Shown piece after piece: positions 9,373 through 19,438 of a stretch of DNA of 64,000 bases (position 1 is the first letter of the stretch; every line of letters begins with the position of its first letter). The stretch comes from Candidatus Latescibacterota bacterium. GTDB taxonomy: Bacteria; Latescibacterota; UBA2968. The notes beneath the pieces are model-generated. The model saw nothing but the letters and a program-made list of their open reading frames with translations, was not told the DNA's origin and ran no database searches. The translations under genes were made by a program, and so were the position numbers. The DNA lies in contig OZ240241.1 in assembly GCA_965198115.1 (NCBI GenBank), positions 4,192,001 through 4,256,000 on the forward strand, read 5' to 3'.

Positions 9373-9390
9373 TGGGACGCGGAAGTCACA
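9373..9390. promoter_or_regulatory. Putative upstream activator site (best match to consensus)
   Basis: TGGGAC-GCGGAA-GTCACA, which is TGTGAC-N6-GTCCCA on the other strand, 84 bp upstream of the sigma54 site. Confidence 0.6.
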
Positions 9391-9399
9391 CGCGCCACG

Positions 9400-10756
9400 T
9401 AGATTATTGAGGGGCTGGTCTTGAACAGAGTAATCGCGAGCAACAGAACGGCCACGATCCCGATCGGCCCAGACAGACCGAACGAGACGGCGAGAAAGGT
9501 GGGGGGTACCCCCGAACGGGTCAGGGGCGATTCAAGCAGGAGCGGAACGATCCTCAGCACAGCAGCCAGAGTCCAGAGAAGGGTCGCAGGCCAGAGACCC
9601 GACGAGCGTGGATAAAGCCCGGAATCATGCGAGGCGCCATACCGAACAGCAGCGTCGTTAAAAACCCGGCGAGATAAACGTGACGAAGTGCGTCGGCGTC
9701 GACCCAAAGCGCGCGACCGGCACCCGTCTGGACGCCGGTCACCACCTCGAGGACGGCCGCGACGGTCAGCCAGCCATAGGCTACATAGAGCGCCCACTCG
9801 AACCGTCCGAATTCACCCCGATCGGGCAGCCCGATGCGAGTTGGATGGGGCCTCCGGTGGCCTCGGCCAAACGATCGATCGTCCAGGGCGGTCTTCGCCG
9901 CAACAGGATGTCGAGCTTCCAGACGAAATAGAGCAGCACGACTCCTTTGGTCACGTGACCCAGCCAGGCTACGCCAACCTGGTCGACGCTCGGAACCACT
10001 CGATGCGCCACCACCATCACGGCGGCTCCGACATACACAAGGGATGCCTTTGCCACGGGCCAGTCGATCGGAGGAAGCCGGAGATAGAGAGGAAACGTGC
10101 GGACGGAGAAGGCGAGTGCAACGGGAACGAGCGTCAGCGCCAGGAACAGATCGATGGCGGTCCGATTCCAGGTCAGATCCACGATCGCCGTTCTGGCGTA
10201 CATGGCGTCGATTGAAATCGCGCCGTTGATGGCCCGTAGCTCAACCACCCTACCATCGCCGCTACCAGAAGCGGGCGCACAGCGGCGAGGGCAGCGCGCT
10301 GATCGGACGCACGGAGAACGATGAAGATCGCCGTCCCGACATAGAGAACGATGGCAAGCGCCGTCAGCAGGCCGGAGACACCGATGACCACCGGACCGAC
10401 ACCGAGATCGACCCCCAGACCAGTCATACTTTGACCGACTGCGCGAGTCACCACGCCGACAAACAGAAGACCCACCGTAAGTTGCACCACAGCCGGTCGA
10501 GGCAGCGGTATGCCGGCCAGCCTGGGTACGAAGTAGAGGCTGACGCCCACGATGAACAGCCCGAGCCAGCCCATAAGCTGGGCGTGACCGTGCCTAGAGA
10601 ACGGGCAGCCACCACGTACCGACGGACAGCCCGAAGCCCACGTGGATCGACAGAATCGTCGCGAACCCGAACCCGGCTGTCAGTGCGATCGCCGTTGCCG
10701 TCGTGACTGCGCCGAACCCGAAGTCCGCGTATCCTCCGGCGCGGCCCTTTTGACAT
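9400..10756 (-). pseudogene. NnrS-like multi-TM protein with several frameshifts (3' end approximate)
   Basis: Pieces in different frames: HGHAQLMGWLGLFIVGVSLYFVPRLAG, RTFPLYLRLP, DALRHVYLAGFLTTLLFGMAPRMIPGF, AAVLRIVP. Confidence 0.65.
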
Positions 10757-10827
10757 CGCCGTGTGTCTTCTCGGTTCACGGACGAAAAGTAGGTCTCGCA
10801 CAAGGGTCGTCAAGAACGACGAAGACC

Positions 10828-11666
10828 TCAGGCAGCGGTCAGTTCCTGCGCGCGGCGTTTCAGCCGCCTCATCGCCAAGGTCTTAATCTGACGGACGCGC
10901 TCGCGGCTCAAATGCATCTCGCGACCGATTTCCGCGAGATTGCCCTCTCCGTTCCCCTCGAGCCCGTAATACCGTCTGACGACCGAAGCCTCCCGGTCGG
11001 GCAACCCTGTCAGCAGGATATCGACCTCCTCGTCTTCGGCGATGTGCTCGAGGATATTGGGCGTCTTGTAAACATCGTCGAACGTGGTCTTGACCAGTCG
11101 TCGTTCCCCGTCGGGCAGCGAATCAGAACTCGTGGTCGAGGGAGGATGCGTCCTGGGCGTTCTTCAGAGCCATCAGAACACTCCCCACGGGCTCGCCGAT
11201 TTTCGCAGCCACGTCCTCCGGGCCGGGAGGATATTCCAGTGATTGATGAAGATCGCGAAAAGCCCGCTGAACCTTGTGGATCAGCTCCTGAACGTGTGCA
11301 GGCAGGTGGACGGGGCCGGCTTCCTTCATCCAGCGCACGGCCCACGTACCGTCGGATCCACCAGCTCGCATATGTAATGAAGCGTGCGCCGTTTCTGCTG
11401 TCGAATCGGTCGGCGGCTTCGATCAGACCCTGGTTCGCCGCACTGATCAGCTCGTCGAGGGACAGACCGCGGCCCTGGTAACTCTTCGCCATCGCCACAC
11501 CGAAACGCAGGTTCGCCGTCACCAACTCGTTCCGCGCCTGCAGGTCTCCTTCCTGAATGCGTTGGCCCAGCGCCTTCTCGTCCTCGCGTGAAAGCGGGCA
11601 CGTTTTCCGCACGTCCCTGAAGTAGGCCGCGATACCAGCCTGATCGCCCTGGTTATAGAATGCCAT
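10828..11666 (-). CDS. Alternative sigma70 factor (RpoD/RpoS-like regions 1.2-4), frameshifted near 11330 and 11120
   Basis: ARNELVTANLRF..AMAKSYQGRGL...LISAANQGLIEAADRFD...RFITYASWWIR; region 4 LAEIGREMHLSRERVRQIK lies in another frame. Confidence 0.85.
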
Positions 11667-12084
11667 TGGAGACCTCTACTTTGCGATGTGGGATTCCGTG
11701 CTGTGCGATACGCCCTACTGCTCCTACCAGGCGTTCTAGATCGACGGGCTTCCGAAAGTGATGGACCACGTGCTCGTTCGCAATCAGACGAGCCTCTCTC
11801 TCATTCGGAGGGTTCGAGAGCACGACCACGGGAAGATCGGGTTTCGCCCTCCTCAGTATCTGAAGTGTCTGTTTGCCATCGAGGTCCATCAGGTCAAGAT
11901 CCATCACCACGAGATCGAACGGGTCCTCGAGGGCACGATAAAGTAGTCTGCCGCTGCGGGGTGTTGCCGCGACGCGACAGTCCCGGGTTCGCAAAAGGCG
12001 CGAAACCCGGTCCAGCAAGGACAGGTCCGCACTCGCAACCAGAACACGCGGCCGAAGGTCAGGTTCCACCACGAGACCGGCCAC
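11653..12084 (-). CDS. Single-domain response regulator receiver
   Basis: RVLVA...DLVVMDLDL...VVVLS...RKPVD; the N-terminal acidic pocket is degenerate. Confidence 0.75.
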   Translation of the reverse strand: MAGLVVEPDLRPRVLVASADLSLLDRVSRLLRTRDCRVAATPRSGRLLYRALEDPFDLVVMDLDLMDLDGKQTLQILRRAKPDLPVVVLSNPPNEREARLIANEHVVHHFRKPVDLERLVGAVGRIAQHGIPHRKVEVSNGIL

Positions 12085-12088
12085 CTCC

Positions 12089-12829
12089 CTACCGCCTTGC
12101 CTTTAGACGAAACCGAATGGCTCTGGCCATCCTGACCGCAACGGCCCTGTCATTTTGAATCGCGGGCTTGAACCGAAATTGGGCAACCGCCGTCACGGCT
12201 GGCTGGTAGAAGATCACCGGACCCTTGAGAACGATCACATCGCGGACGGTGCCATCCCGTCCGACGACGAACTCGACGAAGACGGTCCCTTCCAGACCGG
12301 CCCGACTTGCCACATCAGGATAGATCGGCAGTACCTCCTTCACGAGGACGGGGGACTCTTCGACGGCCCAGAACTCCACGACCTCCTCCCCCATTGCCTC
12401 TTCGTCGAAGCGACCAGGCGGAGGGGGCGGGGGAAGGTTCAGATTGACGTCATCGAAGTCCAGGTCCGTCGATTCGATCGTGATGTCATCCGGCACGTCA
12501 TCACTCTCCGTCTCGATGGGAACGGCCGGACGAGCGGGAGGCGGGGGACGGACCATCTGGCGAGTCTCGGGAATGTCGGCCACGTCGATCACCGTCTGGA
12601 CTCGCCTCCCCCGTATCTGCTGAGCTTCGAGCTCCGGGAACCAGACGGCCAGGGCGATGTGCAGGATGAACGTCAACAGACAGCTGGCCTGGAATGTCCT
12701 GCGGTAAGACAGCTTCAAGTCGGCTGAAGGATGTTTGGTCCGGATCACTCGATCGTCGATCCAGACGATAGCCATCAGCTCGGGGTCTGCGCGTCGCTCG
12801 GCCACGGGATCGATCGTTGCGGGGGTCAC
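12089..12829 (-). CDS. tonB: TonB-family energy transducer
   Basis: TM helix with H (FILHIAL), Pro-rich linker, C-terminal YP..A..AG.EGTV.VEF.V...FKPA domain. Confidence 0.85.
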   Translation of the reverse strand: MTPATIDPVAERRADPELMAIVWIDDRVIRTKHPSADLKLSYRRTFQASCLLTFILHIALAVWFPELEAQQIRGRRVQTVIDVADIPETRQMVRPPPPARPAVPIETESDDVPDDITIESTDLDFDDVNLNLPPPPPPGRFDEEAMGEEVVEFWAVEESPVLVKEVLPIYPDVASRAGLEGTVFVEFVVGRDGTVRDVIVLKGPVIFYQPAVTAVAQFRFKPAIQNDRAVAVRMARAIRFRLKARR

Positions 12830-13820
12830 GGTTGACCTCCTTCCATCTCGAACCCACAGAGGGCGCGCACGTAGCTGGCACGCTCGAACGCCGAATCGGC
12901 CCGGCCGTGTTGGCTCACCCGGCCTCGGAGCTGTGAGATCGAGTCATAGCCGTGGGATGCCAGCCACGAGGTCAGGTCCCCGATGATCTCCTGCACGTGG
13001 GCAATGCCGTGTCTCAGGAGGGCGGAGGTCATCATCGTCACCCGGGCCCCAGCCATCAGCATTTTCAATACCTCCTCGGCCGAGTGGACGCCGCCGGACG
13101 CCGCGAGATCTGCCTCCACAGTCCCGTGGAGAGCGGCGATCCATCGGGCGGGCAATCGCGCGGCACCGGGATCACTCAGCTGTATGCCCGGGACGACCTC
13201 CAGCGTTTCGAGGTTGATATCGGGCAGACACGGCCGACTGAAGAAGACGATCCCGTCGGCGCCAGCGCCGTCCAGACGATGCACGACGTGGGCGAGTGAA
13301 CTGAAGAAAGGGGCAAGCTTGATCGAAACTGGGATGTTCACGCTCTTTTTGACGTCGGAGAGGATATTGAGATAGCGATGCTCCACACGCTGCCGGGCTG
13401 AAGGGGGTCCGCTGCGATATAATGGATGTTCAACTCCAGGGCATTGGCGCCCGCCGCCTCTACGCCCCGTGCGTAATCGATCCACGTGCCCGTCGTCACG
13501 CCATTGAGGCTCGCGATGATCGGAATGTCCACCGCGTCCTTTGCGCGCGAGATGTGCTCCAGATACTCGTAGGGGGTTTCGACATCCCGTTCGGGCAAGT
13601 CGAAGAGTTCCCCATAGCCGTCGACGCGATAGCGACGGTATGGAAACACTTCGCGGATTTCCTTGCGGATCTGCTCTTCGAACAGGGAGAACAGCACGAC
13701 CGCCGCAACGCCTGCGTCTTCCATCGAGCGAATGCTGTCGAGGTCTTCGGAGAGGGGCGACGCTGATGCAATGATCGGATTCTTCAACTCGAAGCCGAGG
13801 TAGGTCGTCGTCAGATCCAT
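12826..13820 (-). CDS. Dihydroorotate dehydrogenase-like FMN protein, frameshifted near 13390
   Basis: MDLTTTYLGFELKNPIIASASPLS...SLFEEQI...PIIASLNG...LELN, then IPVSIKLAPFFSS...AASGGVH...LMAGA in the next frame. Confidence 0.88.
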
Positions 13821-13870
13821 TGGTCCCCCCTTGTAGTGGTCGGCTGAAGCAGCATCTTCTCCCTCGGCGA

Positions 13871-13885
13871 GCAACGGGTGTGCCA
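13871..13885 (-). promoter_or_regulatory. sigma54 -24/-12 promoter of the DHOD-like/tonB/REC/sigma operon
   Basis: Minus strand TGGCACACCCGTTGC, close to consensus TGGCAC-N5-TTGC. Confidence 0.8.
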
Positions 13886-13929
13886 CCTGCAGAGGTCGCC
13901 GAAAGGGCCGAATCGGGGGGCTTCGCACT

Positions 13930-15195
13930 TAGTACTCCTGTTCGCAAATACGGTGACGTATTCTAAGCAGACTTTGCCAAGGGCGTATCGTAGAACCTGA
14001 GTTTGTCGATCATCTCCGCGAGATCTGTTCGTGTGAACTTCCATTTGAAGGGTGTGGCGATACGTCCGTAGCGTTCCTGAAAACCGAGGATTCTTGCCTC
14101 AAGCTCTTCGAGCGATGCAAATTCGATAGGTGTCAGAGCCTTGCGTTTGAGGATCGAGAAGTAGATCTCGATCTGATTGAGCCAGCTTGCGTGGATCGGA
14201 AGGTGAACGGGGTGGATGTTTGGCCACTTCCCCTGGATACGGTCGATGCATGTTTGCCCTCGGTGCGAGGAGCCATTATCCACGATGAGGTAGACTTTCT
14301 TTGCCGAGCAATAGGGTTTCCGGCTCATGATCAGGCTCAGGAGCCGGTTGAAGGGCTCGATACCCGAAGAAGACTCACAGAGACCGAAGATTCGACCATT
14401 GTGCACGTCGAGAGCAGCCAGATAGGCCAGGGCTCCTTTCCGCTCGTATTCGTGTTTCAACGCGTGCCGCTCTGTTCGAGGCTGGCGGTAGGGTAACGTG
14501 CTTGCGAGCTCGTGCTTGAATACTGGTCTTTTCGTCGGCAGAAAGTACATATTCCCTCGGCCCTAAAGGCTTTCCTTGCCATTGGCGGTGATACAGATCA
14601 AGGACTCTACCTGCTTTGGTTTGGAAGTCCGGGTCCCGTGGGAAAATCCAGGAGCGATGATACCAAGGACGAATCGCGTCCTCGTTCAACCAGCGCCAGA
14701 CAGTGGCGCCGCTGATCTTGGCAACGAAGCCCCTTTGCACTGCCTCGGCGGCAATCTCGGAACAGCTGAACCGCGAGAGCGGTATCCCGCTCTCGCTCGG
14801 TAGTTCACACGCCAGCGCCTTGATCTGAACGACCACCTGAGGGGGGAAAACCGGGCGGGCGCCCGGGACGAGATCTATCTTCGAGTCCCGAAAGACGCTC
14901 TTCGAAAAAGCGCTTACGCCATTTGCTTACGATCGGACGCGGAACATCCAACCGTTGGGCGATAATCTTGTTGGATAATCCCTCGGCGGCGAGAAGCACG
15001 ATTTTCGATCGGATCACTTGATAATACGGTAACGTATATTGTCCAGCCATTCGCTCGAGGTCGACCCGTTCCTTCTCAGACAGTAGCACCACATAAGGCG
15101 AACGTCTTGGCATTGTTCTCCTCCTTTTGAAGGAGAACATAAGCTACAAATAATGTTCAGGACATACGTAATAATGTTTATGAAACCATGCACTA
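13930..15195 (-). mobile_element. IS630-family insertion sequence
   Basis: HTH orfA (14805-15140) plus DDE orfB (DEKTSIQA, VDNGSSH, HASWLNQIE). Slippery TTTTCCCCCC at ~14850 and a further frameshift near 14510. Imperfect IRs TAGT...ACGTA with TA at each end. Confidence 0.88.
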
Positions 15196-15222
15196 AGCTA
15201 CAGGGTTCCACACCGGGACAAC

Positions 15223-15240
15223 TGTGACAGTCGTGTCTCA
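15223..15240. promoter_or_regulatory. Putative upstream activator site displaced from its promoter by IS630
   Basis: TGTGAC-AGTCGT-GTCTCA; it would lie ~75 bp upstream of the 13871 promoter without the IS. Confidence 0.55.
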
Positions 15241-15340
15241 GAACTCGGTCCGAGCGCACACCTCGTCCGTACGGAAAGGGCCGCCCACGACTCCAGTCGT
15301 GAGCGGCCCGTAAACAACCGCTGCTTCCGGCTCTCTGGGG

Positions 15341-16489
15341 CTAGGCCTCCACCACTGCGCTTCTCCTTCTTCGCCCCTTCAGGGCGTTGAGGGACACGCG
15401 CTGCGCGATGAACCCCAGGATCGTTTCGAGACTCTCCCGAGATTTCCCGAGGAATCGAAATCGACCAAACCGGCATCCACCGTCGTCACCTTCGCCAGCC
15501 ACCCTTTCAGGAAGGCTGGGCCCTCGTCGCCGGGATGGAGCCTGATAAGATCCCCTTCCTCCATCGTGACAGGGCTCTCCAGGACCAGGCCGCTCCCGCT
15601 CAGTTCGACCAACCGGACCGGGATCTCCGCCAGGTCCGGAAACTTGTCGAAGAGTCCGTCCGTGGGAGTCCCTCGACCATAAGTCGAACCCGGAAGGTGG
15701 GTCACCGTCGCCCCCAAATCCAGATCGCAACTGAAAATCTTCCGGCCTTTGCTATGGACCAGCTCGTCGTCGTGCTCCAGGACCAAGTAGGGTAGAGGCC
15801 TTTCATACTCCTTCAGAACTTGTGTCTTGAAACGGCACTCGCCGCCATCCGGCGACCAGAAGAAAGCCCACACTGGATGGCGAGGCCTGATCCGGACGAC
15901 ACCTTCTCCCTCCCGAAACGGCTCGGTGTAGATCGCAAGGTCGTTGAGTTCCAGAATCTCCGCTGAGCAGACGGAATCCCGATGTGCTTCGTGCCAGCAC
16001 GAAGAGTTTCTGGCCGAGCAAGAGATGCCGGGTGTTCCTCGGACGCCGGTCAGCCCGGATATAACGAAACCCCATTTTCTCACGTACAGCCGCCATCCGA
16101 TCGACCGCATCTCCCAGCTTCAGCCAAGGCAGCTTCCGAGCTCGTCGCACGTAGGCTCGTGCGGCCTTATCGAACCCGTCGAGTGAGGAAAGAACCGTCT
16201 CCGGATCGAGGTCGGGCACCGCGTCGGCCATGGCCTCCACGAGCCTGCGCTCCTTTGGATCGAACGCATTCTGATCCGCTATCTTTTCGAGTTGGTCGAA
16301 CCCCCACAAGAGACGCTTCCGGCGTCGGATTCGCTGGCGAACCGTGTTGGCAACGAGTGGGAGGAGTACCAGCAGAACCAGCACGATTCCGACCAAAAGA
16401 ACCGTATGACCGACCGGATCCTCGCGGTCCTGGAGCTTCTGCAGCACGGGTCCGAATCCTTCCACCTTTAGAGGTATGAACGAAACCAC
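15341..16489 (-). CDS. Membrane-anchored PilZ/YcgR-like protein, frameshifted near 15975 and 15460
   Basis: N-terminal TM, CRFKTQVL...YLVLEH segment, LVELSGSG (D/NxSxxG-like) motif; continuous only across three frames. Confidence 0.55.
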
Positions 16490-16593
16490 GATCGCCTCCT
16501 AGGTCCACCGTCACAGTGTTGAACATCCCGACCAGGTTTCTCTTTTAGACACGGGCTTCGAATCGCCTGCGGCGCCCACAGCCCCAAGCAGGA

Positions 16594-16608
16594 GCAAGGT
16601 GTGTGCCA
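16594..16608 (-). promoter_or_regulatory. sigma54 -24/-12 promoter upstream of the PilZ-like gene
   Basis: Minus strand TGGCACACACCTTGC. Confidence 0.78.
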
Positions 16609-16630
16609 CACCTGCGCGGTCACACAGCAC

Positions 16631-16656
16631 AAAAAAAGCCCGCCTCGACAGCGGGC
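16631..16656 (-). terminator. Intrinsic terminator after the sigma54 activator gene
   Basis: GCCCGC-7nt-GCGGGC hairpin followed by T7 on the minus strand. Confidence 0.65.
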
Positions 16657-16680
16657 CCCATCCGCGCGCGATCCGATACC

Positions 16681-18066
16681 CTATTGTGAAAAGCTGGATG
16701 CGTCGATGCCGTGCTTGGCGAGGAGCCGATGGAGGGAACGGCGGTCGATGCCGCTGGTCGCGGCAGCGCGGGAGATGTTTCCACCGTGATTCGCTAAAAG
16801 GTGTTCGATGTACTCCCTCTCGAACCCTTCGATGACAGCCTCTTTGGCTTCCTTGAAAGGAAGATGAAGCCGAGACCTGGCGATTCCACCCGTGGCGCCT
16901 CCACCCCTCAACTCCTCGGGCAGATGGTCCACGCCGACGCTCGGCCCGTCGCACAAGGCAACGGCACGTTCGATCACGTGCTGCAGCTCGCGCACGTTGC
17001 CGGGCCAGGCATAGCGCAGCAGAACGTCGAGGGCTTCGCTCGAGATATCGCCCGGACGATCGTCTGAGTACACCCGTAAAAAGTGACGTGCGAGGAGCTC
17101 GATGTCGTCGCCTCTCTCCCGGAGAGGGGGAACGTGAATATCGAATGTGTTGATCCGATAGAAGAGATCTTCACGAAATTTTCCCTCGTCGATCAGTCGC
17201 GCGCAGTCCTGGTTGGTCGCCGAGATCAGCCGGATGTCGATTGAGCGCTCTTTGTTGCTCCCGACCCTGCGAATCTGTCGTTCCTCAAGAACGCGCAGAA
17301 ACTTCACCTGCAGGTCGGTCGGCAACTCTCCGATCTCGTCCAGAAAGAAGGTTCCGCCGTTCGCGTGTTCCATCAGCCCCGCGCGCGTCGAGGTCGCTCC
17401 CGTAAACGCGCCCTTTTCGTGTCCGAACAGTTCACTTTCGACCAGATGCTCGGGCAGCCCCCCGCAATTCAGCGGCACGAAGGCCCCCGTCTTGCGCGGG
17501 CTGTTGGCGTGGATGCTGCGGGCGATCAGTTCCTTCCCCGTCCCGCTCTCGCCCGTCACGAGCACGTTCGCCTGGGTGCCGGCGATCCTTCGGATCAGAT
17601 CAAACATATGCTGCATGGGCGCGCTCCGACCGATGATCTGGTCGAAGCTGAACTTCACCTCCAGTTGTTCCTGAAGCGCACGGTTCTCGCCGGCCAGCCG
17701 ACGATGTTCGAGCGCCCGACTGACGGACAGAAGGAGATGATCGGGCGTGAACGGCTTGGTGATGAAGTCGAACGCCCCCTCCTTCATTGCCTCGACGGCG
17801 TCGTTGATCGTCCCGTAGCCTGTGAACATCAGCACCATGATATCGGGCTGATTCTCCCGCAGACGTCGCAGCAACTCCATGCCATCCATTCCAGGCATTT
17901 TGAGGTCGGTAATGACCAGGTCCGGCGCAAACGCATCGGCCGTTTCGAGCTCTTTCCGACCGTCCTCGGCCACACGCACGGCGAAGCCTTCGCGTTCCAA
18001 AAACCTCTGGCACGTGCTCAGCATATCTGGTTCCTCGTCGACTACTAAAACGCGTCCTTTAGACAA
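16681..18066 (-). CDS. sigma54-dependent response regulator (NtrC/AtoC family: REC-AAA+-Fis HTH)
   Basis: DLKMPGMDG, GESGTGKE, ESELFGHEKGAFTGA, FLDEIGE, WPGNVREL, GNISRAA. The probable TTG start overlaps the kinase stop. Confidence 0.95.
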   Translation of the reverse strand: MSKGRVLVVDEEPDMLSTCQRFLEREGFAVRVAEDGRKELETADAFAPDLVITDLKMPGMDGMELLRRLRENQPDIMVLMFTGYGTINDAVEAMKEGAFDFITKPFTPDHLLLSVSRALEHRRLAGENRALQEQLEVKFSFDQIIGRSAPMQHMFDLIRRIAGTQANVLVTGESGTGKELIARSIHANSPRKTGAFVPLNCGGLPEHLVESELFGHEKGAFTGATSTRAGLMEHANGGTFFLDEIGELPTDLQVKFLRVLEERQIRRVGSNKERSIDIRLISATNQDCARLIDEGKFREDLFYRINTFDIHVPPLRERGDDIELLARHFLRVYSDDRPGDISSEALDVLLRYAWPGNVRELQHVIERAVALCDGPSVGVDHLPEELRGGGATGGIARSRLHLPFKEAKEAVIEGFEREYIEHLLANHGGNISRAAATSGIDRRSLHRLLAKHGIDASSFSQ

Positions 18067-19222
18067 GCTTCCACTCCTCTGGCAGATAAACGTGGAACGC
18101 GGACCCTTTCTCCGGCTCGCTCTCCACCTCGAGCCGCCCGCCGTGCTCTTGGACGATTCCGTAGCTGATGGCAAGGCCTAGGCCGGTCCCCTTCCCGACT
18201 TCTTTTGTCGTAAAGAAGGGGTCGAACAGACGATCCATATGCTCTCTCGGGATTCCCGTTCCGTCGTCCTCCACCGAGATGCGCACCCACCGCAGGGATC
18301 CTTCTGAGACTGATTCTGTGCGAACAGTCAGCCGCCCCCCCTCGGGCATGGCATCCATCGCATTGTTGATCAGGTTGAGCATTACCTGCTCTATCCGCGT
18401 GGTATCGAACTCCGCGATCGGCAGGTCGGCATCCAGGTCTACGCGTATCTCGATCTTGCGGTTCTTGATCACGTTCTCGATCAACTCGATGGCGCTCCTG
18501 ACCGTGACATTCGCATCGGCCGCCTGCGGGTCGAACGGAGACTCTCGGGAGAACGCCAGTAGGCCCGACGTGATCTGGGCGACCTTCTCGCATTGCCGCT
18601 GGATTACTTCGATGTCTTCGATCACCTCGGGTGGACAGTCTTCTTCCTTCGCTGCCCGCATCAGACTGGCCGCCCGCATGAGGATGATACCAGCAGGATT
18701 GTTGATCTCGTGCGCGATGCCCCCGACAAGTTCGCCCAGGGATGCCAGCTTGGAGGACTGGATCAGCTGCTCCTCCAGCCGCTTTCGTTCTGCGATGTTT
18801 CGAACAATGCCCGTGAAGATGCGTGCGCCGTCACGCGTAAACTCCGTCACGGCCAGATCCATCGGAAACGTAGACCCATCCTGCCTCCGCCCCTGGACCT
18901 CCCGGCCCTTCCCGATGATCTGGGCCTCCCCGGTCTCCAGGTACCGCGAAACATATCCCTCGTGCTCCGACCGATACGGTTCCGGCATCAAGATGTTGAC
19001 CGGCTGGCCCGTCACTTCGGCCGCTTCGTAGCCGAAGATCTCCTCGGCAGCTCTGTTGAAAGACTGAATCTTGCCGTGTACATCGATGGTGATGATCCCG
19101 TCCAGGACGCTATCGAGCTGGGATTGGAGCCACCCCTCGCCTTGGCTCTGGTTGGATTCCAGGTCCTGGATGCGTTTGTTCAACGCTTCGATTTCGCGCT
19201 TTATGGATTCGGACTTCGACAC
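18059..19222 (-). CDS. Cytoplasmic FixL-like heme-PAS sensor histidine kinase
   Basis: PAS segment LMPEPYRSEHEGYVSRYLETGEAQIIGKGREVQGRRQDGSTFP; H-box AHEINNP; N/G/F boxes NLINNAMDA, DDGTGI, FDPFFTTK, GTGLGL. Confidence 0.92.
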   Translation of the reverse strand: MSKSESIKREIEALNKRIQDLESNQSQGEGWLQSQLDSVLDGIITIDVHGKIQSFNRAAEEIFGYEAAEVTGQPVNILMPEPYRSEHEGYVSRYLETGEAQIIGKGREVQGRRQDGSTFPMDLAVTEFTRDGARIFTGIVRNIAERKRLEEQLIQSSKLASLGELVGGIAHEINNPAGIILMRAASLMRAAKEEDCPPEVIEDIEVIQRQCEKVAQITSGLLAFSRESPFDPQAADANVTVRSAIELIENVIKNRKIEIRVDLDADLPIAEFDTTRIEQVMLNLINNAMDAMPEGGRLTVRTESVSEGSLRWVRISVEDDGTGIPREHMDRLFDPFFTTKEVGKGTGLGLAISYGIVQEHGGRLEVESEPEKGSAFHVYLPEEWKLV

Positions 19223-19438
19223 GGGAGTGTCCTCGCTGAGCGAGTAATATACCAAACTGTAGTCGAGCCGGTGAACACACCGACCGTCCTCTCTGAGGGT
19301 TCTCGAATCATCCGATCGCCGATCGGCCGAACCGTGCACAGGTGGTCTACACGTTCGATCCGAATCCCCTTGATGGACGCACCAGAATGGTTCACCATTC
19401 GTTCAGTGGACTCTATCCCAATTCGCAGGTGGACCCTC

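Noticed and set aside
19240-19254. GG-N10-GC (TGGTATATTACTCGC) before the kinase
   Set aside because: Poor -12 element and too close to the start codon; it could equally be a sigma70 -10 box.
18593-19438. Apparent 280-aa N-terminal extension on NnrS (657-aa ORF)
   Set aside because: It is antisense to the histidine kinase. NnrS similarity begins only at about 19439.
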